Both the position numbers and the translations under genes were made by a program. Positions 21,810 to 32,185 of a stretch of DNA of 64,000 nucleotides are shown here, one piece after another. The stretch comes from Methanobacteriota archaeon. Lineage in GTDB: Archaea; Methanobacteriota; Methanobacteria; Methanobacteriales; Methanobacteriaceae. The stretch covers positions 288,001 through 352,000 of the forward strand of contig CAWBCJ010000029.1 in assembly GCA_963787255.1 (NCBI GenBank), given 5' to 3'. The notes below the pieces were generated by a model that worked only from the letters and a program-made list of their open reading frames with translations, was not told the DNA's origin and did not search any database. Each line of letters starts with the position of its first letter. Positions within the stretch are counted from its first letter, which is position 1.

Positions 21810-22487
21810 ATGATAAAGGACGCATTGAAAGCATTTAAGGACGGAGAGATCATTTTAGTATTTGATAGCGATAACAGAGAGCGGGAAACTGACATGATTA
21901 TTGCAGCAGAATTTATAAAACCTCAGCACCTTGCAAGGATGAGAAATGATGCTGGAGGATTAGTATGTGCCGCTGTATCCCATGAAGAAGCTGAAAAGCT
22001 TAGGTTACCATTTATGACTGATATAATGGAAGCAGCACAGGATACATACCCGTTACTGGCCGAACTTTCGCCAAATGACATTCCATATGATGAAAGATCA
22101 GCATTTTCCCTGACTATAAATCATAGGGAAACATTTACTGGAATAACCGATAATGATAGGGCTTTGACCATAAAAGAACTTGCAATGCTATGTAAAAATG
22201 AAGATTACAACCATTTTGGGAAGCATTTCAGAGCTCCAGGACATGTAACTCTCCTTAGAGGTACAGAAGGGCTTTTAACCAAGCGACAGGGACATACAGA
22301 AATGACCATTGCACTTACTGAGATGACCGGGCTAACCCCTGTTGGTGTTTGCTGTGAAATGATGGATGATAACACAGGAAACTCATTGCCAACAAGTGAA
22401 GTTGAAAAATACGCTGAAAAAGAAGGAATGCTCTTTTTAAGTGGAGAAGAAGTAATAAAAGCTTATAAACAATTTAAAAGTCAATAA
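21810..22487 (+). CDS. ribB: 3,4-dihydroxy-2-butanone-4-phosphate synthase
   Basis: DSDNRERETD, TGITDNDRALT, FRAPGHV, RQGHTE and CEM. Confidence 0.95.
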   Translation: MIKDALKAFKDGEIILVFDSDNRERETDMIIAAEFIKPQHLARMRNDAGGLVCAAVSHEEAEKLRLPFMTDIMEAAQDTYPLLAELSPNDIPYDERSAFSLTINHRETFTGITDNDRALTIKELAMLCKNEDYNHFGKHFRAPGHVTLLRGTEGLLTKRQGHTEMTIALTEMTGLTPVGVCCEMMDDNTGNSLPTSEVEKYAEKEGMLFLSGEEVIKAYKQFKSQ

Positions 22488-22541
22488 AAATTTTAAAATT
22501 ATACCCTATTTTTAAAAATTAAAAATATTAAATTCTTTTTT

Positions 22542-24041
22542 TTAACTGAAACCTTTAAGAATATCCTCATATGACATATATCTTTTAAATTGAGGAATTT
22601 CTGCCATTTCAAGAATTTCATGAATATTTAAGTGCTCTTCAACAGTTTTCATGGCGCTTAAACAGAAATCTTCCAGTCTAATTTCCACTTCAGGAGTATT
22701 ACCTCTTTCAGTCATCTTAATCTTTGGAACTTCACCAATAACATTAACATTTGTCTTTACAGTTATGAAAGAGGAAGTTGTTTTAGAAATAGACTTATCA
22801 TAAACCCTGTTAAGTATTACACCACTTGTTTTAACTCCAAGTTTGTCCAAAACTTCAATATGCCCTACAATATCAATTGCAGCAGTTTCTATTCCTCCTT
22901 TACTGCATGAAGTGACCAGAATAACTGGAATATTTGCTGCCTTTGCAATTTCAGCCGTTGAAAATGGAGTTTTTTCATTCAATGCACCTGTAAAAGCACT
23001 CATAACTCCCTCTATTAATACAATGTCGTAATTATGATTTCCAAGATCTATAATTACTTCCTCAAGATCCTTCCATCCAAGCGCTCCAATTTTGATGGAA
23101 GAGAATTTTTCCATATTTTCTTTATTAAGGTAAAGTGAAGGGACTATATCTCTAATATCTGGCCCTACTTTTAATACAGCGACTTTATATCCTTTTTTCC
23201 TTAAAGCTCCAACCATACCTGTTGTCAGGAATGTTTTTCCAGAATCAGATCCCGTACTAGCAATCATTAATGCTTTTGGTATTTTATGAGTTTTTTCTGT
23301 TGCAATAGGCGATTTTACGTAAATATTTGTATCTACACCAATTTCGGTCTTAATTTTAGTAATTAATGCTTTATTTTCATTTTTAATATCTAAAACGTCT
23401 TTTTTTGATGCATCAATATAATTAAGTATATTTTCTACAAGTTTTCTATTTTCATCCAGGCATCCGTGAACCATGGTTCCTATAACGTTTCCTTCATCGT
23501 TTCTGGCCCCAGATAATATTTTTCTAGGATTATTCTGATAATCAGTTCTTTTAACAGTGCTTACAAATAATTGTGGAGCATTTCCTTCAATTAAGCCATA
23601 AGTGTGACAGTGAAATCCTTTAACTTTCTCCCCAATCATTCCCTGAGTTAAAAATGAATCATCAAGAATTTCCGCTTCAACTTGATCTGTTCCAATCATT
23701 GGTTTGAAATGAACGTCCAGAATTCCAAGACCTTCTTTTTCTATGGGGCATGGTGAACGCCTTCCTATGTCTGTTTTATTTGCAAGAAGCTGGAAACCGG
23801 AACACATTCCCAAAATAAATTTGCCATCCTTTTCCATTTTCTGGATTTCAGATTTAAGAGTATCCTTTACGCTTTGTGATTCAATTATACTTCCGCCAGG
23901 AATAATTAATCCATCTAAAGCTTTATTTGCCTTCTCACCATTAACCAAACCATTTTCTTTTACAATATGAGTTGGTAGTTTCCCAAAGTTTTCAAAGACT
24001 GGAAGAGAACCTTTTACATAGAGAAGACCTATTTTTTTCAT
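22542..24041 (-). CDS. CobB/CobQ-related protein with N-terminal glutamine amidotransferase and C-terminal P-loop domain
   Basis: IIPGGS, GMCSGFQ and GTMVHG, followed by STGSDSGKT, KVGPD and IEGVM. Confidence 0.8.
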   Translation of the reverse strand: MKKIGLLYVKGSLPVFENFGKLPTHIVKENGLVNGEKANKALDGLIIPGGSIIESQSVKDTLKSEIQKMEKDGKFILGMCSGFQLLANKTDIGRRSPCPIEKEGLGILDVHFKPMIGTDQVEAEILDDSFLTQGMIGEKVKGFHCHTYGLIEGNAPQLFVSTVKRTDYQNNPRKILSGARNDEGNVIGTMVHGCLDENRKLVENILNYIDASKKDVLDIKNENKALITKIKTEIGVDTNIYVKSPIATEKTHKIPKALMIASTGSDSGKTFLTTGMVGALRKKGYKVAVLKVGPDIRDIVPSLYLNKENMEKFSSIKIGALGWKDLEEVIIDLGNHNYDIVLIEGVMSAFTGALNEKTPFSTAEIAKAANIPVILVTSCSKGGIETAAIDIVGHIEVLDKLGVKTSGVILNRVYDKSISKTTSSFITVKTNVNVIGEVPKIKMTERGNTPEVEIRLEDFCLSAMKTVEEHLNIHEILEMAEIPQFKRYMSYEDILKGFS

Positions 24042-24092
24042 TGTTTTTCACTTTAAGTTTCAAAATTGCCCTGAAAAATTAAAAAAATGAAT

Positions 24093-25472
24093 TTATTCAG
24101 TTCCTTCTAGTGCTGCCATCATCTGAATTATTTTAGCGTCATCCAGAGGCTTCCCTTGAATTTGAAGACCAACTGGAATACCTTTTACTTCTCCAGCTTT
24201 CATGCTTCCTGCCGGAATTCCGGCAAGGTTTGCTATAACAGTTAATATATCGTATGCATACATTTCCATTGGATTTAATGATTTACCAATTTTGTGTGGA
24301 AGTTTTGGAACAGTTGGACTTATTATGGCATCCACTCCGCTTAAGAGATTTGTAATTTCTCTTCTAATTAGTGATCTTGCCTGTAATGCTTTTTTATAGT
24401 ATTTACCACTGTATTCTTTCTGACTGATGTAAGATCCGGTATGTATTCTCCTTAAAACTTCCTCTCCACATACTTCTTCAATTCTGTAACCGTATTTTCG
24501 GCCATCGTACTTTCTTGTTGCAGAGAAGAATTCAACATAGTTTATGAGGTAATATGTAGGTAGGCATAAATCAACATAATCGAAGCTTAATTCTACTACC
24601 TCTGCACCCATACCCCTCATTTCATCAATCCGTTCTTCAATTATATTAACTATCTTGTCATCAGATACATCAAAGAATTCTTTTACTACACCCAGCTTCA
24701 TCCCATTCATAACATCTCGCGATTTTTCAGTTATTCCCTCAAAATCAGGAGTAGTTTTTAAAGTTGTACATTCAGTCGGGTCATAGCCCGCAATTGAATC
24801 AAGCATCAACGCAATTCCACCAGCGTCCCGGGCAAAAGGACCAATTTGTTCCAGACTCATGGCAAGATCCAGTAGTCCCTGTCTTGAAACTACCCCATAT
24901 GTTGATTTAAAACCCATAACCCCGCAGTGAGATGCTGGATTCCTTATAGATCCTCCCGTATCGGAACCAAGAGAGAGATCACACATTTCTGCTGCTACTG
25001 CCGCTGCACTTCCCCCACTTGAACCTCCAGGAATTCTCCCAGGCGCTGCAGGATTATCAGTTACTCCAAAATAGGAGGTTTCAGTTGAGCTTCCCGCTGC
25101 AAACTCGTCCATATTGGTTACTCCAATGATTATACCATCTTCATTTCTGATTCTTCTAATAACAGTAGCATCATAGCTCCCCATATAATTTTCAAGGGTT
25201 TTGGAAGCTGCTGAAATTATGAAATCTTCAATGTTGATATTACTTTTAACTCCAATAGTTAAGCCTGCCAGTTTTCCAACTTTTTCGCCTTTTTTAATTT
25301 TTACATCAATTTTTTCCGCCGCAGCCACAGCTTCTTCTTCTTTTATTTCCAAAAAGGCATTGATCTTATCGTTTTTACCCTTTATGTTTTTTAATGAGCT
25401 TTCTAAGTTATCTAATGCCGTTATTTCGTGATTTTTAATTGATTTTGATCTATCTAAAAGATTCATTGCCAC
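24093..25472 (-). CDS. gatA: Glu/Asp-tRNA amidotransferase subunit A
   Basis: Amidase signature TNMDEFAAGSSTETS, PGGSSGGSAAAV and GSDTGGSIRNPAS. Confidence 0.95.
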   Translation of the reverse strand: MAMNLLDRSKSIKNHEITALDNLESSLKNIKGKNDKINAFLEIKEEEAVAAAEKIDVKIKKGEKVGKLAGLTIGVKSNINIEDFIISAASKTLENYMGSYDATVIRRIRNEDGIIIGVTNMDEFAAGSSTETSYFGVTDNPAAPGRIPGGSSGGSAAAVAAEMCDLSLGSDTGGSIRNPASHCGVMGFKSTYGVVSRQGLLDLAMSLEQIGPFARDAGGIALMLDSIAGYDPTECTTLKTTPDFEGITEKSRDVMNGMKLGVVKEFFDVSDDKIVNIIEERIDEMRGMGAEVVELSFDYVDLCLPTYYLINYVEFFSATRKYDGRKYGYRIEEVCGEEVLRRIHTGSYISQKEYSGKYYKKALQARSLIRREITNLLSGVDAIISPTVPKLPHKIGKSLNPMEMYAYDILTVIANLAGIPAGSMKAGEVKGIPVGLQIQGKPLDDAKIIQMMAALEGTE

Positions 25473-25579
25473 ACCTAACTTTTTTGCATTTTCAGTAAAA
25501 TAATGATCTTAACTGACTAATTTTTAATTAATCTATTCTATATAGTTGAGGTTCTTATCTATAACTATTTTATATCTAT

Positions 25580-26374
25580 CTAAAAAACTAATGTCAAAAT
25601 ATTTAACAAACCTGATTTAATATTTGCAGGTGCCATTATTAGTAATAAAATAATCAATATTGGCTGGTGAATAATGTAAATAAGCAATGAATGTCGCCCT
25701 AAAAATCCCGAAACCTTTACAATTGCATGTTTTGAAAAATCAGGCAGTTTAAAACACCGGGTATAATCTTCATATAGTGCGTTTCCCAGAAATATCCCCA
25801 GAGATACTACACCTAACCATGGGAGCAACGGGAAATAATCAATGGTGTAAAAATTATAAGGCGTGAATCCAACCCATAATAATCCATAAAAATCAAATCT
25901 AAAGCTCATTAAATAAATTCCGGCTGCAATGAATATTATACCCAAAAATAAATTGGCGTACTTGCGTTTTAGAAAGGGATATTCTAAAATAATGGCCATT
26001 CCAATAAGATGGAGGATTCCAAATATGATAAATCCTTCTCCAATGAATACCCATGTTACTGCAGTTATAATGAGTCCATATCCAAATATTTTTAGTCCTC
26101 TTTTTAAATACTTGAAAATCAGATCTTTTTGGCTTCCGTAACTTGCAGATAGAGTAGTTCTTGAATAACTAAGACTTAAAGACACCCCCACTAAGAAAAT
26201 AAAGATAAATGCAGTTATACGTGCAAACCACCATAAAAATCCTGAATGAATGTTGAAACTGTAAATTCCAAAGAAATATAGATCAAATATAAGGTGAAAT
26301 ATGACCATCATTACTATTGCAAGACCTCTAAGAGAATCTATCTCCCAAAATCGCCGGTTTAAGTTAACATTCAT
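25580..26374 (-). CDS. DUF1624 / heparan-alpha-glucosaminide N-acetyltransferase-like membrane protein
   Basis: RFWEIDSLRGLAIVMMVIFH, FGILH, DYFPLLPW and GRHSLLIYIIHQP. Confidence 0.88.
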   Translation of the reverse strand: MNVNLNRRFWEIDSLRGLAIVMMVIFHLIFDLYFFGIYSFNIHSGFLWWFARITAFIFIFLVGVSLSLSYSRTTLSASYGSQKDLIFKYLKRGLKIFGYGLIITAVTWVFIGEGFIIFGILHLIGMAIILEYPFLKRKYANLFLGIIFIAAGIYLMSFRFDFYGLLWVGFTPYNFYTIDYFPLLPWLGVVSLGIFLGNALYEDYTRCFKLPDFSKHAIVKVSGFLGRHSLLIYIIHQPILIILLLIMAPANIKSGLLNILTLVF

Positions 26375-26403
26375 CTAAATACCTTGAATAAATTCTAAAT
26401 TGA

Positions 26404-26583
26404 TTAAAGGATGCTTAAAAACTTATCTGGTCTAATGTAACCTTCATATTTTCCTTTTTCTTTATAATTGGCATCTAATATTATTATTGTTGGAACTACA
26501 TCAGTTTTAAAATTTCTGGCGAGTTCTTGATTTCCATCAATGTCAATTTTTAATAAAACATATTTATTGTTGATTTTTACCAT
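26404..26583 (-). pseudogene. C-terminal half of a thioredoxin-fold protein, lacking CxxC
   Basis: 59-aa ORF MVKINNKYVLLKIDIDGNQELARNFKTDVVPTIIILDANYKEKGKYEGYIRPDKFLSIL with the cis-Pro VPT motif. Confidence 0.7.
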
Positions 26584-26713
26584 CTAAATACTCATTCATT
26601 GTATTGTAGTACTTAAACTCGTTGTCACACTGACATGTGTCAAAATATTCGGTAGATTCTCCTTCTTTAAGCTTTTAATATTCATTACATCTATTGCAGA
26701 TTAAATATGGCAC
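26564..26713 (-). pseudogene. Zn-ribbon peptide gene with premature stop
   Basis: AAGGTG RBS and GTG start, then MPYLICNRCNEY*KLKEGESTEYFDTCQCDNEFKYY (CxxC...CxC). TAA lies at 26675-26677. Confidence 0.65.
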
Positions 26714-26913
26714 TTTAGCACCTTTAACACTTTATTTAATTTCTATTTTCACCTATAAAAATTAATTAGATTGAAAAACATAAATTTAATATCAATTTTA
26801 ATGAAAATGATAAATTGATTAAAGAAGGCCTTAAACTTATTAAATAGAGCTTTTATCAAATTTAAAATCTAAAAGTGATATATTTTGTTGATAATTAATG
26901 GAGGCAGCTTGTA

Positions 26914-28452
26914 TTGGGATCTGATTCAAAAACAGGATGGCTGACGCTTATAATTATTACTTTATCAGTATTTACAATAGTTATCGATAAAACTTTCATG
27001 AATGTGGCAATTTATACTCTAATTAGAGATCTGAATACTAACATTGGCACCATACAGGCGATAATTGCAATTTATTCACTGGTCATGGCTTCTTTGATGC
27101 TTTTAGGTGGGAAACTGCAGAATGTAATGGGCAGGCGAAGAACGTTTCTTATAGGAGCTTCTGTTTATGGTATAGGAACAATTATTGCCGCTTTAAGTAT
27201 TAATAGCGCCATGCTTCTCCTGGGCTGGTCTATATTGGAAGGAATAGGTGCAGCACTTATGATGCCTGCAACAACTTCAATTATTTCTGGAAGCTACAGT
27301 GGAGAAAGAAGGGCTTTTGCACTCGGAATAATTAGTTCTATGGCCTCAGGTGCAGGAACGATAGGACCACTCATTGGGGGATTTTTAACAACTTACTACA
27401 CCTGGCGCTACGCCTTCGGCCTGGAATTATTTATAATCCTTATTATACTTCTATTTTCAAGGAAAATATCTGTATTTCCTCCAATTTTAAAATGGAAAGA
27501 TATTGACATTTTAGGAGCATTGCTTTCATCTTCAGGAATATTTGTACTTGTTGTAGGAATATTACTTCTCAATAATCCACAAAACTGGATAATTGCATTT
27601 ATTTCAATTATTATGGGAATTATCCTTTTAATGGTATTTTACTGGAGTCAAAAGCATAGAATAAACAGGAATATGTCACCTTTACTTGATATTTCGCTTT
27701 TTAAAAACCTTTCATTCACACTGGGAAACATAACAAGACTTATAATGAATTTCACTATTGGAGGTGTAGTTTTCGTTATTCCTGTGTATTTACAGGGTGT
27801 AATTGGGGCTAATCCATTAATTACAGGTTTGGCTTTGATACCTATGAGCATTGGTATTTTTGTAATGTCTTTTACTGCAGGTAAGGTCTCCTCACGATTT
27901 CAGGCACGTTATATCCTTGCTGTTGGGTTTTTAGCTGCATTAATTGGAAGTATTTATCTCAGTCTTATTTTTAGTTCCCAAACAACAATTATTGACATAT
28001 TACCTGGTGTTCTCTTTCTGGGAATTGGAATGGGAATTGTTTTTCCGCATTCTGCAAACGTGATCTTTGCAGTTGCAAGACGGGAACAGCAGCCAGACGC
28101 TTCCGGAGTGTTAAATACGGGTATTAACCTTGGATCATCTCTTGGAACTGCTGTTTTAGGAGTTATATTAATATTAGGCAGTTTTGGAACATTAGCTACA
28201 GGTGCAGGATATGATTTACCTGCAAAATATTCCGGCGAGCAGATTAATAACCATGGATTGTTTGAAAAACTTGATTTAAATTTAAAGGTCACAGAAAATG
28301 GTGAATTAAGTTCTAATGAGAAAAAATCAAACAGTATGAGAGATGCTTTTAATGTTGTTACAGCTATGCTAATTGTTGGTTTGATAAGCTCCTTATTGAT
28401 ACCTGAGAAGATACATAAACCTCGTGAACAAGGGGTTACTACTCATATTTGA
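26914..28452 (+). CDS. MFS transporter, DHA2 (EmrB/QacA-like) family
   Basis: About 14 TM helices, DKTFMNVA, GGKLQNVMGRRR and GPLIGG. Confidence 0.9.
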   Translation: MGSDSKTGWLTLIIITLSVFTIVIDKTFMNVAIYTLIRDLNTNIGTIQAIIAIYSLVMASLMLLGGKLQNVMGRRRTFLIGASVYGIGTIIAALSINSAMLLLGWSILEGIGAALMMPATTSIISGSYSGERRAFALGIISSMASGAGTIGPLIGGFLTTYYTWRYAFGLELFIILIILLFSRKISVFPPILKWKDIDILGALLSSSGIFVLVVGILLLNNPQNWIIAFISIIMGIILLMVFYWSQKHRINRNMSPLLDISLFKNLSFTLGNITRLIMNFTIGGVVFVIPVYLQGVIGANPLITGLALIPMSIGIFVMSFTAGKVSSRFQARYILAVGFLAALIGSIYLSLIFSSQTTIIDILPGVLFLGIGMGIVFPHSANVIFAVARREQQPDASGVLNTGINLGSSLGTAVLGVILILGSFGTLATGAGYDLPAKYSGEQINNHGLFEKLDLNLKVTENGELSSNEKKSNSMRDAFNVVTAMLIVGLISSLLIPEKIHKPREQGVTTHI

Positions 28453-28564
28453 ATATTTAAAAGAGATACAATTTATTCACGTAATGTGTTTTTATATACA
28501 CGAATAGTTAATTTTAAGAGGATATAAAGTCATAGAAATACAATATTAAAATGAGGTGTATTTG

Positions 28565-29557
28565 ATGCATGAGACAATCCTATTAAATCAAAGCCAAATT
28601 AGTGGCCTTATAACCATGAAAGAAGTTATAGAAAGCGTAGAAACTGCATATAAAGTTCATGCAGAGCGTAAAGTTCAAATGCCTGCTAAAAAATATTTAT
28701 TTTACAAAAAATTCAAGGGAGACCTCAGAATCATGCCCTGTTTTATTAGAGGCATGGACGAATCTGGAGTAAAAAATGTAAATGTACATCCTGATAACCC
28801 TCGAAAATTTGGCTTACCTACAGTAATGGCCATGATAGAGCTTGTAGATCCTCAAACTGGATTTCCAATTTCTGTAATGGACGGAACATGGATTACAAAC
28901 ATGAGGACTGGCGCAGCGGCTGGTGTTGCTACAAAATATCTCGCCAGAGATAATTCTGAAATCGTTGGACTTGTTGGGGCAGGAGTTCAGGCAGAAACTG
29001 GACTTGAAGCCATAAACGAGGTAATGGATATTAAAGAGGTTAAAGTTTCATGCAGGACATGCGAAACAAGGGAAAATTTCGCCGAAAAAGCCTCTGAAAA
29101 ATATGGAATCCCTGTAAAAGCAGTAGATACAATAAAAGAAGCTGTTAAAGGTGCGGATGTACTTCTTACCACCACCCCTGCACGTGAACCAGTTGTAAAA
29201 TCTAAATGGGTTGGTAATGGAACGCATATAAATGCCATGGGAGCTGATGCCCCAGGTAAACAGGAACTAAATAGCCATATACTTCAAAAGGCAAAAATAA
29301 TCATTGATTGCTGGGATCAGGCCAGTCATAGTGGTGAAATTAACATTCCGGTCCATGAAGGACTTGTTAGAAGAAGCGACATACATGGTAAAATTGGAGA
29401 CGTTATACTTGGCACCGTTCCAGGTAGAACAACTGATGAAGAAATTACAGTATTCGATTCCACTGGACTTGCTGTTCAAGACATTGTTACAGCCTGGAAT
29501 GTTTATGAAAAGGCTCTTAAACAAGGTATTGGCAAAAAAATGAACTTCTTGGAATAG
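28565..29557 (+). CDS. ala: Archaeal alanine dehydrogenase (ornithine cyclodeaminase/mu-crystallin family)
   Basis: GDLRIMP, VNVHPDN, TNMRTGAAAG, GAGVQA, GADAPGKQE and FDSTGLAVQD. Confidence 0.85.
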   Translation: MHETILLNQSQISGLITMKEVIESVETAYKVHAERKVQMPAKKYLFYKKFKGDLRIMPCFIRGMDESGVKNVNVHPDNPRKFGLPTVMAMIELVDPQTGFPISVMDGTWITNMRTGAAAGVATKYLARDNSEIVGLVGAGVQAETGLEAINEVMDIKEVKVSCRTCETRENFAEKASEKYGIPVKAVDTIKEAVKGADVLLTTTPAREPVVKSKWVGNGTHINAMGADAPGKQELNSHILQKAKIIIDCWDQASHSGEINIPVHEGLVRRSDIHGKIGDVILGTVPGRTTDEEITVFDSTGLAVQDIVTAWNVYEKALKQGIGKKMNFLE

Positions 29558-29647
29558 TTAAATCACTATACATCCTTTTTGAAGCGTGAAATATTAATAT
29601 ACAGTTAAATTTATTTGCATGAAAAACAAACTAAAAATGGTGTTGAA

Positions 29648-29815
29648 ATGTTCCAGGAAAAGAAAATAAATAGAAATGAAGTGATTAACAAAATGGGACA
29701 AGTTTTCGAACGATTCAGGTTTTTGATGCGGACAAAGTCCCTTAATAATGAGCAAATTGAAACCATTGATTATCACATATCAGAGATAATGAAGGTTTTA
29801 AATAAATGCAATTAA
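29648..29815 (+). CDS. Small hypothetical protein (55 aa)
   Basis: GGTG RBS before ATG and an amphipathic helical sequence MFQEKKINRNEVINKMGQVFERF. Confidence 0.5.
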   Translation: MFQEKKINRNEVINKMGQVFERFRFLMRTKSLNNEQIETIDYHISEIMKVLNKCN

Positions 29816-29866
29816 TATGAAATCCGCCATATTATCTTATTTTTTAATTAGTTTTCCGTGATTTAA

Positions 29867-30505
29867 TTGATTGAGACTGTATTATTTGCTTTAACCTCAT
29901 TCGGAGTTGGATTATCCGGTGCATTAGTTCCAGGACCCATGCTAACAGTTACCATATCAGATTCTGTAAAAAAAGGATTTAAGGCAGGGCCCCTAATCAT
30001 ATTAGGACATTTTATAACAGAATTGGCCATAATGCTTGCTATTTTAGCAGGTTTAGGATGGATTATCGGTTCACAAACTGCTGTTTTCATTATTGGTACC
30101 TTTGGAGGGCTTGTACTCATTTTTATGGGGTACAACATTTCAAAACCAGACAAAATTTTGTCGGATATTGAAAAAGAAGAGTACGGAACTCAAAAATATG
30201 GATCTGTTATGGGAGGAATAATAACCAGTCTCTCTAACCCATTTTTTTATATCTGGTGGGCTACAATCGGCTGCACATTCATGTTTAAGGGACTTGAACT
30301 TGCAGGAATCGTAGGTCTTTTAGGATTCATAATAGGCCACTGGTCTGCCGATCTTTCATGGTTTAGTGCAATATCTTTCTTTTCAAGTAGAGGGTCAAAA
30401 GTAATGGCAGATAGAACATATAAAGTCGTGATGATGATCTGCGGAGTATTTTTAGTTTTATTAGGTTTCTATTTTATCTTATCGCAAATAAATGTGTTTC
30501 TTTAA
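29867..30505 (+). CDS. LysE family translocator
   Basis: GLSGALVPGPML and SLSNPFFYIWW motifs with TM helices. Confidence 0.9.
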   Translation: MIETVLFALTSFGVGLSGALVPGPMLTVTISDSVKKGFKAGPLIILGHFITELAIMLAILAGLGWIIGSQTAVFIIGTFGGLVLIFMGYNISKPDKILSDIEKEEYGTQKYGSVMGGIITSLSNPFFYIWWATIGCTFMFKGLELAGIVGLLGFIIGHWSADLSWFSAISFFSSRGSKVMADRTYKVVMMICGVFLVLLGFYFILSQINVFL

Positions 30506-30529
30506 TTCATATTGTAAAAATTAATTTAT

Positions 30530-30682
30530 TCATTTCTTTTTATATCGAAAAACATGCTCTCCTTTTTTAGTATCTTGAGTTACAGATTGTAAAATATATC
30601 TGCCTTTCAAACCATTACTTAATAATTTCTGGATTTTTTCTGGCTTCTCGTCTTCTTCTTCAACTTTAATTCTAATCTCCAA
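30530..30682 (-). CDS. Small hypothetical protein (50 aa), below the ORF-track cutoff
   Basis: GGAGAGG RBS before TTG. Translates MEIRIKVEEEDEKPEKIQKLLSNGLKGRYILQSVTQDTKKGEHVFRYKKK. Confidence 0.6.
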   Translation of the reverse strand: MEIRIKVEEEDEKPEKIQKLLSNGLKGRYILQSVTQDTKKGEHVFRYKKK

Positions 30683-31082
30683 CGTATCCTCTCCATTTAA
30701 TTATAGTAATAGTTGTTTTCTTAATTATTTAAAATTTATTATTACTAAAATTTGCAAAAATTGACTGTAAATAAGATTTTTAGTATACAGGAGATGTGGA
30801 ATCACGTTTTAATGTTGTAAAATACATTTTTACAGTGTAATTATCCTGTAATGTCCCTTGAGGCATTTCTATTTGTAAATTTAATATAGATAATGGGTCT
30901 TTAACTTTTTATTTTCCTTAAAAAGAATTAATTGTCACTAGAAAATATATTTAAAAAGAAAAAAATTTGGATAATTTTCACAAATAATATCAAAAAATTC
31001 CAAAAACAATAAAAATAAGACTAATGTAATAATATAGATTAAATGGATTTTTATAATATCATATGTTAAAGGGAGCTCTTAA

Positions 31083-31883
31083 ATGCTTAATAAAAAGAAC
31101 GCCATTGTATTTGATAATTCAGGGACGCTCATAGAAAGATACCGCGCTTTAAAAAACGTTCAAACAGGATCAATATTCGATAATGTAAGTTCTCTTGATC
31201 TAGTTGATAATGGTATTGAAAGAGCATTAGTTGTTTTGCAAACAGACCCTGCAAAATGCATAATTAATGCAAAACCAAATCAAACCATATTTGAATTCAT
31301 TAATAGAAATAAAATAGAAATTGCTATAAGTTACTCCACAACAGAAATCAAAAAAGCAGAGATTATGGATGTTATCAAAAATGACAAGACCCAGGTAAAA
31401 GATATTCAAGACACAATTAGGGCAGTGATGGATAAAAAATATAATGTGCAGATATGCAGTGGATCTGGAATCATAGTAGCACTTAATATGCAAAAAATTG
31501 AATTCACCATATCATCAGGAGGCAAAATATTTCCAGAAGTGCGAGATGTAGTAAAAAAACTTCAAAATCGTGGCGTTGATATTTTTATTGCATCAGGAGA
31601 TAGAAAAGGATCCCTCCAAAAGTTAGCCGAGTACATTGGAATACCAAAAGAGAATGTATTTGACACTGCTGATGCATGGAAAAAAATGGAAATAATTAAA
31701 GGGTTGAAACGGAATTACAAGGTAGTGATGGTCGGGAACAGCGTGAATGACATATTTGCGCTAGAAGAAGCCGATATAGGTGTTTTAACAGTACAACAAA
31801 AGGAAAATAACCCTCAGAAAGTCTATGATGCTGCAGACATTATTATTGATAATATCAATGAAATTCTGGATATTGAATTTTGA
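31083..31883 (+). CDS. HAD-family hydrolase, soluble P-type ATPase-like
   Basis: FDNSGTL, IASGD and MVGNSVND motifs with no TM segments. Confidence 0.85.
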   Translation: MLNKKNAIVFDNSGTLIERYRALKNVQTGSIFDNVSSLDLVDNGIERALVVLQTDPAKCIINAKPNQTIFEFINRNKIEIAISYSTTEIKKAEIMDVIKNDKTQVKDIQDTIRAVMDKKYNVQICSGSGIIVALNMQKIEFTISSGGKIFPEVRDVVKKLQNRGVDIFIASGDRKGSLQKLAEYIGIPKENVFDTADAWKKMEIIKGLKRNYKVVMVGNSVNDIFALEEADIGVLTVQQKENNPQKVYDAADIIIDNINEILDIEF

Positions 31884-31885
31884 TT

Positions 31886-32104
31886 TTATAAATTATTTTT
31901 TAGTTTATTAGTTAATTCCTGTTTCTTTGTAGGTTCTTGAAGCCAGACTTTAACTTCTTTCCAGACTTCACCACATTTATCCCCACTTTTTTTACCTATA
32001 ATCTCTCTAATTGTTAAATCTATATGTTTTCTATCCTCTTTAGTCTGCGGTTCAATATTCATTTCATTTAAAACATTTTTCATATATCTAATGTAACAAC
32101 TCAT
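31886..32104 (-). CDS. Small hypothetical protein
   Basis: GGAG RBS and a 72-aa ORF MSCYIRYMK...CGEVWKEVK. Confidence 0.7.
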   Translation of the reverse strand: MSCYIRYMKNVLNEMNIEPQTKEDRKHIDLTIREIIGKKSGDKCGEVWKEVKVWLQEPTKKQELTNKLKNNL

Positions 32105-32185
32105 TCTTCATTCTCCTTTAACTCTTTTATTTATCTTGCATTATAATCTGAATCTTTATATAATTGTTTTTTTAAAATATCCCCC

